DNA from: Eledone cirrhosa | Taxonomy: Eukaryota | Assembly (NCBI GenBank): GCA_964016885.1 | Contig: OZ024741.1 | Coordinates: 109,988,001 to 110,052,000 of the forward strand | Direction: 5' to 3' | Length of the DNA: 64,000 nucleotides | In this document: piece by piece, positions 1 through 16,891 of the stretch | How the letters are laid out: each line of letters starts with the position of its first letter | Position numbering within the stretch: the stretch's first letter is position 1 | Position numbers and translations under genes: made by a program | The notes under the pieces: model-generated | What the model saw: only the letters and a program-made list of their open reading frames with translations | Told to the model about the DNA's origin: nothing | The model's database searches: none

Positions 1-98
1 CGACTCTCTGATCGCAGAGTTACGCACTCTGTCAGGTAACGTTACGTTACGCCAAAGACTCTTCAAAGGAACCCATGTTGGCCGCTTGTTACCTGATC

Positions 99-138
<40 letters not shown>

Positions 139-181
139 GAAAGGTATAGAAAGTATTGTAACAAGAAGCCAACAGTATTCC

Positions 182-232
<51 letters not shown>

Positions 233-591
233 ATGTGTGTGTGTTTATTATAATGATATGCAAATTAGTATGTCCATTTCAGAATAATACTAAGAGCGAA
301 TTGGTATATATTCCCATCAAATACATGTTTTCTTGTGGTTGATTGGACGATATACACATCTTCTGATCCGAAAATCGATTAAAGGTTTATCATTTTTTTA
401 ATTTACAGGGTAATTCGTATTTTCTGGCCTGTTTACATGCCTACGAATTAGATATGTTTATATACTTCTACATGTTGGTGCAATCTCGGTTACATACTGT
501 ATTTATAGAGATATAATGTTATCATACACTTCGGCTGCTAACGCTCCTCTTACTATACACACGCACATATATATGTGCATATATATATACA

Positions 592-630
<39 letters not shown>

Positions 631-664
631 TATACACGTATATCTAATACACACACACACACAC

Positions 665-702
<38 letters not shown>

Positions 703-2208
703 TATATACGTATATCTAATACACACACACACATATATATACACACACACACACACACATATACATATATATATATATATATATATAAGTATATATGAGC
801 ATGTATGTATATATGCATACGCAGACATACATATACTCAACAGCAGCAGACGATCTCGGTGCTTCTTCAAGAACCAAAAGGACAATAGTGATAAATTACC
901 GACCCCACAGACCAATATCACCCTCTATGACAGTACACACACACGCACACATAAGCATATACATACACACACATTCATACACACATACACACAACAGTGC
1001 ACGCATGCATACACACATATACAATGTACACATATACCAACACACACGTACTATAAAGCGCGCATACACATGCACATTACACACACACACACACATATTC
1101 AAACAAACACGCAATACTATAAAGCACCTACGTAAATATATACTACAATACACATATACATACAAACACACACAGCCAAATACACACAAACACACAGAGC
1201 CACATACAAACACACAGTTACATACATACAAATACACACATCCACTTACATACAAACACACAGTTATATACATACAAATACACACAGTTACATACATACA
1301 AATACACACAGCCAAATTCACACCAACGCACACATCCCCATACATACAAATACACACAGCCACATACATACAAATACACTGCCACATTCACACCAACGCA
1401 CAGTCACATACAAACACACAGTTACATACATACAAATACACAGTTACATACAAATACACACATCCACATTCACATCAACACACACAGTCACATACAAACA
1501 AACACACAGCCACATTCACACCAACACAACAGCCACATTCACACAACACACACATACAAACACAGTCACATACGCACATTAACTTAAATCGGATCATCTT
1601 TGCCACTGTAAACCATTCAAACCGTATAGGTGGCGCCACAGGTCTACTTCCGTTCTCTATTTCTTCATGACGTACATCCTCAAGATGTCTGCCTTTGTAT
1701 GCCTGTGTGTGTATCTATATGTGTGCATGCATATACGTATGTATGCCTGTGTGTATATGTATGTGTGTGCATGCGTGTGTGCATATATGTATGTGCGCAT
1801 GTGTGTGTACATGTATGGATGTATGTACGTATATATGCATGTGTGTATATATATATATATATATATGTTTGTATGTGTGTGTATGAATGTTTATTTATAT
1901 ATATGTGTGTGTGTGTGTGTGTTTGTATACATATATGTGTTTGCATATGTACGTGTGTATGTGTGTTTTTGTTTGCATATATGTGTGTAGTAGTGTGTTT
2001 GTATGTGTGATTATATACGTGTAAGTCCACATATGTGTGTACATGTATGAATGTGTGTCGGCATGCGTGTATACCCGTACGTTTGTGTAGGCGTACGTAT
2101 GTGCATATGTGTATATTTCTGTAAGTAAAAACTCCCATGTTTATTTACGTGTATGTTTACTAAATCGCGCGTGCACACACACTCATGCTCACACTGCATA
2201 CGTATACA

Positions 2209-2259
<51 letters not shown>

Positions 2260-3957
2260 TTGATACACTTATACACGTACGCATAAACACACAAACGCAT
2301 ACACACTTGTATACTTATGCAAACTTCATAATGCACACTTAAACATACATACACACCCACATATACTCGCATATACACACATACAGACACACAAATGGTG
2401 GACATCCATCGGTTCCGACGGCGTGAGTTCCAGAAATTTACGCACAAGTGACTGAGCATTCCACAGACATGTGCACCCTGACTACAATATGATTTGAAAG
2501 TAACTTGGCTGCTATTTCTAAAGGTCGACGTACCATCATAATCTTATTATTGAAGCCACTACACTGAAAGTGAAGGCACATAGCCTAGAAATTAGGATGT
2601 TAGACTTACTATCATAATGTCGTGGGTTCGATTATTGGACCGGGTTGTGTGTTGTGACCTTGAGTAAATCATTTCATTTCATATTGTTCCAGTATACTCA
2701 GCTGGAAACGAGTACCAGCAGTAGCTGGGAGTTAGCCCTGGGATGGACTGACGTCATGTCTAAGGGGAGGTCTTGTACTTTCACTTGCTTAACGCCAGTA
2801 AACCAGGATAAACACCAACCAAATGAGCTCCAGGCTTGAGGCAGACTTAAACACTGAAAGTCCTTCTTCCTTTCTTTCTTTCTCCTTCTCTCATCTCCCC
2901 ATCTCTCTCTCTTTCTGTTACTCTTTTCGCTGTCTTTCATATTCTCTCTCCAGTATTTCTCTTTTTTTTTCCATCTATTTCTAAGTTTCGTACATTTTCT
3001 GAATAAACTACACTGGCCAACAACAGCAGAAATATTCTGATCTTTACGAAGTTAGACGAATGCGCGAAATGGAGGCATCTGATCCCATCGGTTTTACCAT
3101 ATCATCTCTAGTTTATATGTTGATATATGCATACGGGAGTTGAAAATAGAAAGTTAAAAATGTTCCAGACTGTCACAAGCATGGGGGCTCATCGGACCAG
3201 TGTTTATCCCAGTTTTCATTGGAATTAAGTCTCCCGTCCATCACAAGGTTAACTCACAACTACTGACGGTACGCATTTTCAGCCGAATATACTGGAACAA
3301 AGTGAAATGAAACGTTTTGCTCAAGGACACAGCACACAACCGGTCCAGGAATCGGACCCATGACATTATGATTAATACCCTAACCACTAAACCGCACGCT
3401 TTCACGAGCTGAAATTAGGGCCCCCAGTAACACCATATATTTTAGTCGCTTAGAATTTAGATCTATTCTCTTATTTGTTTGTACTACTAAGTCTAAAAAT
3501 GGCATCATGCTTTATCAGCTCTAATTAATTAATGATCATGTTATTTTGGCACAAAAATAACAATAATATTAACGCTCTTCATACATTGCTTTCTAATTTT
3601 GGCACTAAGCCACGTTGAGGGAAGGGCAAAGTTGATAGCAACTCCAGTACTTAACTGTTTGTTTTATTTCATCAACCTAAGAAAGATGAAAGGCAAAGTT
3701 GACCTCGGCAAGATTTGAACTCAGAACGTTGAAAGATCTCTATTAATATATTACATGCCCTGGCAGCGAATTGGCTGAATCGTTAGAATGTCGTAGAGAA
3801 TGTTTTATGAAATACGCTTCGGCTCTCTGCGCTCTGAGTTCAAATCCAACCAAGGTCAACGTTGCCATTCATCCTTTCGAGGTCGATAACTAAAGTACCA
3901 GTCCAGTACTTGGTTCGTTTCTTCCGCTTTTCACTCTTTCTCGCTTCCTCTTTCTCA

Positions 3958-3988
<31 letters not shown>

Positions 3989-4387
3989 CCCCTCTCTCTC
4001 TCTCTCGTTCTCTCTCGTGCCTAAATCAGAAACCAAGGGCCATGATTGGTAGTATCGATAGAGCGCCGGACAAAATGCTTTACGGCATGGAGTGACGTCC
4101 TTTACGTTCTGAGTTAATAAAGTATCAGTAATGGACTGGGGTCGATTTAATCGACCCCATCCCCCCAAAAAAACAATTGTTGGCGTTGTGCCTAAATCAG
4201 AAACCATTATTAAATCTGATAGAGGGTATGGGGGGAGAAATGGGAGTAGAGTGTCTCTGAGGTGGGGGTCATGATTAGATGTCAAGCCGATGTTTAGGGT
4301 TTATCTGTTGACATAACTATAGTTTGTCTTCATAATCTTATGTGGCAGGTAGGAGTCGCAGTGCTAGGGGGGAGAGGAGAACACAGA

Positions 4388-4615
4388 ATTGTTGCTGTTA
4401 TTGTTATTGTTGTTGTAGTCGTCAATGTTGTTGTTGCGAGTGTTGTTGCTGTGTTTGTAGTTTTTGTTGTTGTGACTGTTGTTGTTGTTGTTGTAGTTGT
4501 TATCGTCGTTGTTGTTGTTGCTGTTGTCGTCGTCGTTGTTGCCTTCGTTGTTGTTGTTGTTGTTGTTGCTGCTGTTGTCGTCGTCGTTGTAGTTGTTATC
4601 GTCGTTGTTGTTGTC

Positions 4616-4683
<68 letters not shown>

Positions 4684-5130
4684 CGTTGTTGTTGTTGTCG
4701 TTGTTGTCGTTGTTGCCTTCGTTGTTGTTGTTACTGTCGTCGTCGTTGTTGTTGTTACTGTCGTCGTCGTTGTAGTTGTTATCGTCGTTGTTGTTGTCGT
4801 TGTTGCTGTTGTCGTTGTTGTTGTTGTCGTAGTCGTTGTTGCCTTCGTTGTTGTTGCTGTTGCTGTTGTCATCGTTGTTGTTGTTGTTGCTGTTGTCGTT
4901 GTTGTTGCCTTCGTTGTTGTTGTAGCTGTTGTAGTCGTCGTCGTCGTCGTTGTTGTTGTTGTTGTTGTTGATGGTGTCATTGTTGTTGATGTTGTCGTTG
5001 TTGTTGCCTTCGTTGTTGTTGTTGCTGTTGCCGTCATCGTTGTAGTTGTCACCATCGTTGTTGCTGATGTTGTCGTCATCGTTGTTGCTGTCTTCGTTGT
5101 TGTTGTCTTGATGCCTTTGTTGTTGTTGTT
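4388..5130. repeat. Degenerate (GTT/GTC)n trinucleotide array
   Basis: GTT repeats with recurring GCCTTC interruptions; produces poly-Thr/Val/Cys ORFs. Confidence 0.95.
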
Positions 5131-6322
5131 CTACTTCTCCATCTGTTTACAGACACTGTCTTGTAATGTATACCTATATTGTCCACGTCCCCCACCCATT
5201 GCGGCCCTTGTGACAATTAAAGAAATTAGCACCATCATCACTATCATCATCACAACCACTTGGATTAACACCAACTTCGTCACCTACTCATCCCCTCCCT
5301 CTCCACCTCATCCTCATTACCACCATCACTACTATCACCACAACCACTACCTCCTCATTTAATACCATCATCATTAACACCAGCATCATCATCATCCTCG
5401 TCGTCGTCTTTACGTCCTGAGTACAAATGCCATAGAAATAATCTTAGCCTTTCATCTTTCCAGGGTCTAAAAAATAAAGTACCAGTCAAGTACTGGGTCG
5501 GTATAATCCATTTATCCCTCCCACCAAATGGCTGACCTTATGCCTAAATTAGAAATTATAAGGGCGTTGGGTTGAGAGAACTTTTAGAGCGCCGCCTCAA
5601 TGTTTACATTATTTATTTCGGTCAATTTTGCTTTTCAAACTTCTGGGGTCGATAAATAAAGTACCAGACAAATACTGGAGTTGATTTAAATGACTTTTCT
5701 TCTCTCCGCGTGTATAAATTAGAAACTAGCATTGTTGTTGTTATTGTAGTTGTTGTTGTTTTTGCTGTGGACCGTCAGATTTCCAAAGTTCTCGTTTCCA
5801 ACGTAATTTCTTCTGGGTTTCTTTTTGAGAAACAAAAATTCTATTTGTTTGTTTTCCTCTTTGAGTTAAGAGTCTATTTTGGAAATTTTTACGCTTATAA
5901 CCATTGCCTTGAATTTTTTCTTTCCCCTTTCTTCCCTTTTTCCTTTGTTTCATTCATGACTCTCGTGCTATAGAAGGCACCACACATTTTCCTTGACGTC
6001 ACATAAAATTATGTGTGCTTGTTGTAGCTATAAATTAATGTTTTGTCTCTCATCTCGTACCCCACTGGACCGAGATTGGCTTGTGTCAGACGCTGTGACC
6101 CCAGTTGGACCAGCAGTACCGTTACTAGGGGTCAAAACTGCCAAAGTCTATCTCAACGGCCGATGACCCTGGAGTGTTGTGTCCTTCGTATGTATTTTAT
6201 TTTTTTTTATAATTTATAGTTTCCCATTAAATAATTGTTTTTCATTTTGCCTTGTTTCCGTTCGTTGCCTTGGCCTCCCTTTGTTAATTTTATTAAGTTT
6301 ATATATATATATATATGTGTGT

Positions 6323-6448
<126 letters not shown>

Positions 6449-6483
6449 GTGTGTGCGTGTGTATATGAATATATATATATAAA

Positions 6484-7440
6484 CCTGGTATGTGTATATG
6501 CATTTTTTCTTCTAACTTTAATTGTATACCTAATTGTGTATGGTTGACGGTATATTTAATCGATTTCCACGTGCTATTGAAATGTTGGGTAAATATTCTA
6601 TAGCGGTTGATCGCGAATAGATTGCTGTCGTTTATCTATCTACTATTTCTTCATAGGTGCCTTTTAATCTTATAGCCTGGTTTAATTGGTTTTTTGTGTG
6701 GTTGATTATGCTAATTGGGAGAGGAAATGGTGTATATATATTATCAAATGATTCTATGGATATACTTTATAGTATATTACTCTGATTATTTGATTTATTA
6801 ATTCATCATTGAGCCACATCGTGAATGGTTGCCAAAACATATATATCTGTGACTTTGTCTAGTTTGTGTATATGTAAATCTTTATATTTGATAATCTTCC
6901 ATAAGGTTGAGATGCAATTTGGGCAATATTGGGCTGCGTTTTCTAGCAACCAGCCCACTCGTCGTAAGCCACCAATCACATTCTTTCTGACTTGACCACT
7001 GTCACGTCACAGTTCTTAGCCATTTTGAATTGGTTTCTGGCGGTGATCATTTAAGAAAAATCTTTGTCCAAGTGAGTTTGTTTCCTGATGAGTTCGAAGC
7101 TCGAGAATTTATCCTTGATAGGATATTTCCGAAAGCGAATGAAAACCTAAGGGTAGAATCGTAATCCTGGTATGTGTATATGCATTTTTCTTCTAACTTT
7201 AATTTTATACCTAATTGTGTATGGTTGACGGTATATTTAATCGATTTCCACGTGCTATTGAAATGTTGGGTAAATATTCTATAGCGGTTGATCGCGAATA
7301 GATTGCTGTCGTTTAATCTACTATTTCTTTATAGGTGCCTTTTAATCTTATAGCCTGGTTTAATTGGGGTTTTTTTGTGTGGTTGATTATGCTAATTGGG
7401 AGAGGAAATGGTGTACATATATTATCAAATGATTCTATGG

Positions 7441-7441
<1 letters not shown>
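6484..7441 (+). mobile_element. Terminally redundant non-coding element (682-nt period, about 277-nt direct repeat) containing a hammerhead motif
   Basis: 6484-6760 repeats at 7166-7441; HHR core CTGATGA 7085-7091, GAAA 7141-7144; (TA)n on both flanks. Confidence 0.75.
7080..7160 (+). ncRNA. Type I hammerhead ribozyme, slightly degraded, long stem II
   Basis: GTTTC-CTGATGA-GTTCG...TATCCT tgat AGGATA...CGAAT-GAAA-ACC taa GGG-TA-GAATC; one mismatch each in stems I and III. Confidence 0.62.
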
Positions 7442-7482
<41 letters not shown>

Positions 7483-7519
7483 ATATATATATATATAATA
7501 TATATATATATTATATATA

Positions 7520-7606
<87 letters not shown>

Positions 7607-7698
7607 ATATAATATATATATATGTATATATATATATGTATGTATATTATTGAATATGAAGACTAGATTCTACTTTTTCATATTTCAATTTATATGTA

Positions 7699-8214
7699 CA
7701 GGGTGACCCAAATGTTCTGTTACAAAGGTTAAACAATGTATTTCAGCCACATCTTAACCAATTTACTTGAAAACTTGCACACTAGTTTTTAACATTTTCA
7801 GCAATGTTACAGCAAAACATTATTCAATAAATCTACCTCGTTTCTTTATTACACCCTTAAGTCTACCAGGCACTGCTTTAACAGCGGCACGCAAGACTTC
7901 TGGTGCTATTTTATCCCATTTACGCTGCAGAGCCCTCACTGAATGGTGAGATTTAGAACAAGCATAAGTCTCTTAGATGGACCAAATTTTGAAGTCCATT
8001 GGGTTCAAGTCTGAGCTTCAGGTAGGCTATTCTTCCTTGGACATTATTGCGAAGCCACTCCTGAGTCCTGTTGGCAGTGTGGGCAGGTGCTCCATCCTGA
8101 TGGAAGAGAAAGGGGCCACTGTTGAACAATTCTTGGCTCAAATGTTTCACCACAGGCTCAAGAATGAGTTCTTCATAGATTGATTTTGACTCCTTCAAGA
8201 ACAAAACCAAGGAC
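7699..8214 (-). mobile_element. Tc1/mariner transposase 3' fragment with terminal repeat
   Basis: FLFHQDGAPAHTANRTQEWLRNNV motif, followed by frameshifted DLNPMD-like sequence; terminus TA|CAGGGTG at 7697-7705. Confidence 0.8.
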
Positions 8215-8276
<62 letters not shown>

Positions 8277-8449
8277 CCACATATGCATATTTGCATATTT
8301 GGATATACACAATAAAACAGAGAATTGGCAGAGACGTTGAACTGTTTCAAGTCTGATTTTAAATCTCACTGATGTCAACTTGGATCGATAAACAATACCG
8401 TTCGAATACTGATTCTACACAACGCATCTCTTTCTTTGTCTCTTTCCCC

Positions 8450-8530
<81 letters not shown>

Positions 8531-8838
8531 TCTCTTTCACTCTTTCTCTCTCTCACTCTCTTTACTTATTTATCTGTCTATTTCTATCTATTTATCTCCC
8601 CCTTTCCTCCTTATTTATCTATCTATCTCGTTATATTGTACCATGGGAAAGATCGAGGGAGGGCTTCTCACAACACCCTATTCTCCAGAATATAAGAAAG
8701 GTTGAATGAATGATGAGACACTTCTAATCATAGATTAACTGATATGCTACTTTTCGTTGTGTAGTATAGCACACACAGAACAGTAAACAGTAATAAAACA
8801 CACATACGTGTATATATATATGTATATGTATATATATG

Positions 8839-8891
<53 letters not shown>

Positions 8892-8934
8892 TGTGTGTGT
8901 GTGTGTGTAATTTACGTGTATTTGTGTATGTTCT

Positions 8935-9012
<78 letters not shown>

Positions 9013-9058
9013 TACATATATATATATAAACATACACTAAAAAATCATATACAAAAAC

Positions 9059-9154
<96 letters not shown>

Positions 9155-9239
9155 ATATATATATATATGTTTTTGTATATGATTTTTTAGTGTATGTTTT
9201 AATTGTGTATATATATGTATATATATATGTATATATATA

Positions 9240-9291
<52 letters not shown>

Positions 9292-9952
9292 CGTGTGTGT
9301 GTGTCTGTGTATAATAGATAGATATGTTTTGGTATACGATGTTTGTTTGTTTGTGTGTGTTTGTGGGAGGGTATTGGGAGTGAGAGGTGTATACAGTCTC
9401 AAACAAGATGTTACAGTGCTTAGTTACACATAATTAAGGATAATCCGCGTAAATCCATCCACACAGCCAGACAGCTGTTGATAGAGTGAGTATCTAAGCA
9501 GTTTTGATTCACATTGCCTCTTCTGTCTGTCATAATCACATTCCTAGGTAACCACACACACAGAGAAGAAGACGGAGGGAGGGCATGTATAATCTTCTCT
9601 AAGCTGTAATCATTAACAACCCTAATATTTATCACCAGATCTTATATCCACCGTCTATCTGTCTCTATCTCTCAGACTGTCTGCCTATATATTATCTAGT
9701 ATTTGAAACTATTTATATATGTATGTCTATCCATCCATCCTTCTCTTTAACTACCCTGCCTCCCCCCCTCCTCCTCTCACAAACACATATACACATATAT
9801 ATATGTTTATATATATATAATATATGCACATGCATATCTGTGTGCGTATGCATGTGTAAGTATGTTTACGTATATGCACACCACACACACACTTATATAT
9901 ATATTAGATTTGTGTGTGTGTATATATGTATATATATATATATGTATATATC

Positions 9953-10182
<230 letters not shown>

Positions 10183-10253
10183 TATATACATTTATATATG
10201 TATATATATATATACCTAACTCGTCCCATGGACTGAGTGCTCTACCACTATAC

Positions 10254-10897
<644 letters not shown>

Positions 10898-11373
10898 ATA
10901 TATATACAATTTGTATATTTTGTGTTAGTTAATCAATCGACACTCGTATACGCAGGACAGAGCACTCGACGAAGTATACATGTAGGTTTGTGTAATCCGG
11001 AGTATTGGTGCTGGGACCTCGTTTTTGTTTTGCATTTGACAAGAGGGCAATAACCCTGAAATATCTTGCTGAATATACTGGGCAAAAAATCAATTGTTAC
11101 GTAGCTTATTATTCTTCATATCACTTATAATATATATACATATATACATACATATATCTTATAATATATATATTACAAGTAGTAGTACAAACAATAGAAG
11201 TAGTCCTGAATACACAAAGTTTCCGGATTTGAAACAATCTGAAATCATCCGGTTTGTTTTACTCATTATGATCAGTAAATTGATTATGTGTGGAGGACCA
11301 ATTTTAGTGTGCAAGACTTTTACTTGGCGAGATTGTGTTGGCGTTGATTATTTATGAATAAAACAGATTAGTC

Positions 11374-13572
<2,199 letters not shown>

Positions 13573-14179
13573 AATGTGGATAGTCTCGGTTATACATAAT
13601 TTTTTGAAGTCGTAGATCCGTTTTTGTATAGCTTGTCGTATTCCAGATTGGCTTATTTATCGTAATGACTACCAGTAGAGAAATCTTTTAACTACAACAT
13701 ATAATTAAATAGGGTTGTATATATACATATATTATCGTCGACTCAGAAAGAGGTCAAGAAAGGATTTTTTAACTTACCTCACGCCATACTACTATACAGT
13801 TTCTTTTTCTAAACACTTTTTAATAATTATGTGATGATAGCTTAATATAATTTGAAGACATTAACCATCTAAGGGATAGAATATTTAATATATGCTATCC
13901 TACGCAATATTATTTGCCCGGGCTCACGAGAATTAATTGTTACGTTGAAATCCAGCTGAGGTCAACATTGCTTTTCATCTTTCCGAGGTCGATAAGATAA
14001 AGTACCCGTTAAATACTCGGATCAATATAATTGACTTTCGACTTCCCTTCGAAATTGACGTTGTGCCTAAATTAGAAATCTATTCTGTTATGGAAAACCT
14101 CGGATGTGAGAATGAACATGCTTCGTATCCATATTGCTGTAGTATATTGCTTCTTTCTTTTTATTTCACCCAGTGATAA

Positions 14180-14393
14180 GGGCGGTACATTGGCAGTATC
14201 GGTACAGCGTCGGACTATATGCTTTGCGACATAGAGTTGCGGCCCTTTACGTCCTGATTTCAAATCCCGCCGAAGTTAGTTGAGCTTTTCATCCTTACGG
14301 CGTCGATAAAATAAAGTACCAGTAAGCAATGGGGTCGATTTAATCGACTCCCACACCTTTAAATTGCTGGCCTTGTGCCTGATGTAGAAACAA
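14180..14393 (+). mobile_element. tRNA-derived SINE, full length with target-site duplication
   Basis: A/B-box-like head, GCTTTTCATCCTTACGG.GTCGATAAAATAAAGTACCAGT core; TSD TTATTTCA(C/T)CCAGTGATAA at 14161-14179 and 14394-14412. Confidence 0.85.
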
Positions 14394-14728
14394 TTATTTC
14401 ATCCAGTGATAATCTGTCACATGATATCTACCAACTACCGCCATTACAATTTCCTCTGGTTTTTCTAACTTTCACCCTATGACGTTTCAACATTGGACTT
14501 AGTGCTGGTTTTTTCTGTATCTCATCCATAATTCAACTACAACTTCTATTACAACTGCTGCTCCACTGACCAAAAACGCACACTCTTACTCTTCCTACTC
14601 TCCCCTTCAGACTCCTCCTCATCCTCATCCTCATCCTCATCCGCCTCCTCATCCGCCTCCTCATCCGCCTCCTTATCCTCATACATATCATTACCATCAC
14701 AACCAACACCACCACCATATCAACAGCT

Positions 14729-15070
14729 CTTCTTCTTCTTCTTCTTCTTCTTCTTCTTCTTCTTCTTCTTCTTCTTCTTCTTCTTCTTCTTCTTCTTCTT
14801 CTTCTTCTTCTTCTTCTTCTTCTTCTTCTTCTTCTTCTTCTTCGCCCACCTATTCCTGAGAGGGTCGTGGAGGCAGCCAGAGTCCTCAAACACTCCTTCC
14901 ATCGGGTCCTGTCAGAAGCAACCGTCTCCAACTTATCTGGCTTGATCCCCAAGCGTGACCAGCCAAGCTCATGGATGTTATCCAACCATCTTGCTCGGGG
15001 TCTACCCCGGGGGCTCCTACCTGTTGATTTTGCCCGTAAATTCTGTCCAGCGATTCTTTCCTGAGACATT
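14729..15070 (-). mobile_element. RTE-clade LINE 3' end with (GAA)n tail
   Basis: GRSPRGRPRARWLDNI...ASDRTRWK motif followed by (GAA)n at 14729-14843. Confidence 0.75.
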
Positions 15071-15301
15071 CTAACAGTTCAATGTCTTCTAAAACATTCG
15101 AAATATTTTAAATTATTTTTCTCTGTCACCTTTTCTCTCACCTCCTCTCTCTTTCTCATATAAACTATCTTTATCTTTCACTGTCACTCTATCTCTCACA
15201 CTCTATCTTTATTTGCCTCTATATCACCCTCTCTCATTCTCACATACCCTATCTTTATCTTCCTCTCTTACCCCTTCTCTTTCTCACACACTCTATCTTT
15301 A

Positions 15302-15332
<31 letters not shown>

Positions 15333-15452
15333 ATCTATCTATCTATCTCTTTCTCACACACCCTATCTTTATCTTTCTCTCTTTCTCACCCTCATACACG
15401 CACTATCTTTCTTACACACGTATACGCACTATCTTTTTCACTTACACATACG

Positions 15453-15511
<59 letters not shown>

Positions 15512-16098
15512 TCACACACTCTCTCTCTTTCTCTCCGTGCCTTTCCCACCCGTCTCGTTCTATCACACCTCTGTCCCCACAGACGCTGTTTATACCTTGA
15601 CCTTTCGGTGGCGGAGACAGGAGTTAATGTGGCTGAGATGTTGGAGACAAGGTAGACACAGTAACGTTGATCGTGGGCCGAGAGAGAGAGGGTGAGAGGA
15701 GAGGAGAGGAGAGGAGAGGAATAAAGGGGAGATAAGAGGGGATAGTAGAAGGGGTAGGGAGATAAGGAGTTAGGGAGATAGGGAGAGGGAGAGAGGGAGT
15801 ATTGAATAATGAGAATATAGAGATACCAGAACGGGATTATTGACTGTATTAGGGGGATTAAAATTGGAGATCTATCATTGTGTCCATCTGTCAGTCTGAC
15901 TGTCAGTCTGTCTGTCTGTCTGTCTGTCTGTCTGCCTGTCTGTCTGTCTGTCTGTCTGTCTGTGTCTGTCTGTGACTCTATCTCTTGGCTTCTGACTCTC
16001 TCTCTCTATTTCTATGTATGTTTGAATGTATGACTGTGTATACATACATTTACACGTACATACATATATACATATATACATATACACCTGTATATATC

Positions 16099-16154
<56 letters not shown>

Positions 16155-16276
16155 GGAGGTGAGTTTTATTGTAGTACAATAAAGCAATGCAGATATCGGA
16201 TAAGAAGCACTCTACAGTTTGTAGGACTGGAGTATGCATAATATAAGATCAAAAGATGGTTAAAGGAGTTCCATGT

Positions 16277-16345
16277 ATTTTATTATGCGCATTTCAAAAA
16301 CAAACATCATCATGCAATAATATTTGTGTTTTCATCAGATAAAAC
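16277..16345 (-). ncRNA. Type I hammerhead ribozyme (left arm of perfect palindrome)
   Basis: Exact reverse complement of 16385-16453. Confidence 0.85.
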
Positions 16346-16384
16346 AGGAGGACATGATATGAAGCCTTCATATCATGTCCTCCT

Positions 16385-16453
16385 GTTTTATCTGATGAAA
16401 ACACAAATATTATTGCATGATGATGTTTGTTTTTGAAATGCGCATAATAAAAT
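16385..16453 (+). ncRNA. Type I hammerhead ribozyme (right arm of perfect palindrome)
   Basis: GTTTTAT-CTGATGA-16 bp stem II (1 mismatch, GU pairs)-GAAA-TGCGCA-TA-ATAAAAT; complete core, palindromic stem III. Confidence 0.85.
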
Positions 16454-16484
16454 ACATGGAACTCCTTTAACCATCTTTTGATCT

Positions 16485-16572
<88 letters not shown>

Positions 16573-16618
16573 AAATAAAATAAATAAGTCAAATGTTTAA
16601 AATTTGGCTTCGTTTATT

Positions 16619-16673
16619 ACTGCTATATATATTTCGGTGACAGCCATCTTTGGCTGTCACCTCCTCAGGCAGT
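16619..16673 (-). ncRNA. Type I hammerhead ribozyme (inverted partner of 16837-16891)
   Basis: ACTGC-CTGAGGA-GGTGACAGCCA aaga TGGCTGTCACC-GAAA-TATATA-TA-GCAGT on the minus strand. Confidence 0.88.
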
Positions 16674-16836
16674 CCGATTTAGTGTGGTAGAGATATGGTT
16701 GGGTTGTTATTTCACTGAGGAACTGGAACAGTTCCTCAGTGAAATAACAACCCAACCAGGAACTGGGCATATCAGAGTATTGACAAAGTTATACATCTCA
16801 ACAACATGTGTACTCGTCTCTACCGCACTAAATCGG

Positions 16837-16891
16837 ACTGCCTGAAGAGGTGACAGCCAAAGATGGCTGTCACCGAAATATATATAGCAGT
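16837..16891 (+). ncRNA. Type I hammerhead ribozyme
   Basis: ACTGC-CTGAAGA-GGTGACAGCCA aaga TGGCTGTCACC-GAAA-TATATA-TA-GCAGT; predicted cleavage after 16886. Confidence 0.88.

Larger units (their letters stand above)
16241..16489. repeat. Perfect palindrome, 124-bp arms with 1-nt spacer (centre 16365)
   Basis: ATATAAGATCAAAAGATGG...GATATGAAG C CTTCATATC...CCATCTTTTGATCTTATAT; followed by (TA)n. Confidence 0.95.

Noticed and set aside
30-100. Inverted TCAGGTAAC/GTTACCTGA with TTGAAGA...GTAA on the minus strand
   Set aside because: Two core mismatches without compensation; truncated by the window edge.
1622-1640. Second CTCF-like motif AGGTGGCGCCA
   Set aside because: The 5' half does not match the consensus.
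4330-5079. Mucin-like poly-Thr ORF and overlapping poly-Val/Cys ORFs
   Set aside because: Trinucleotide array with no signal peptide, domain or splice context.
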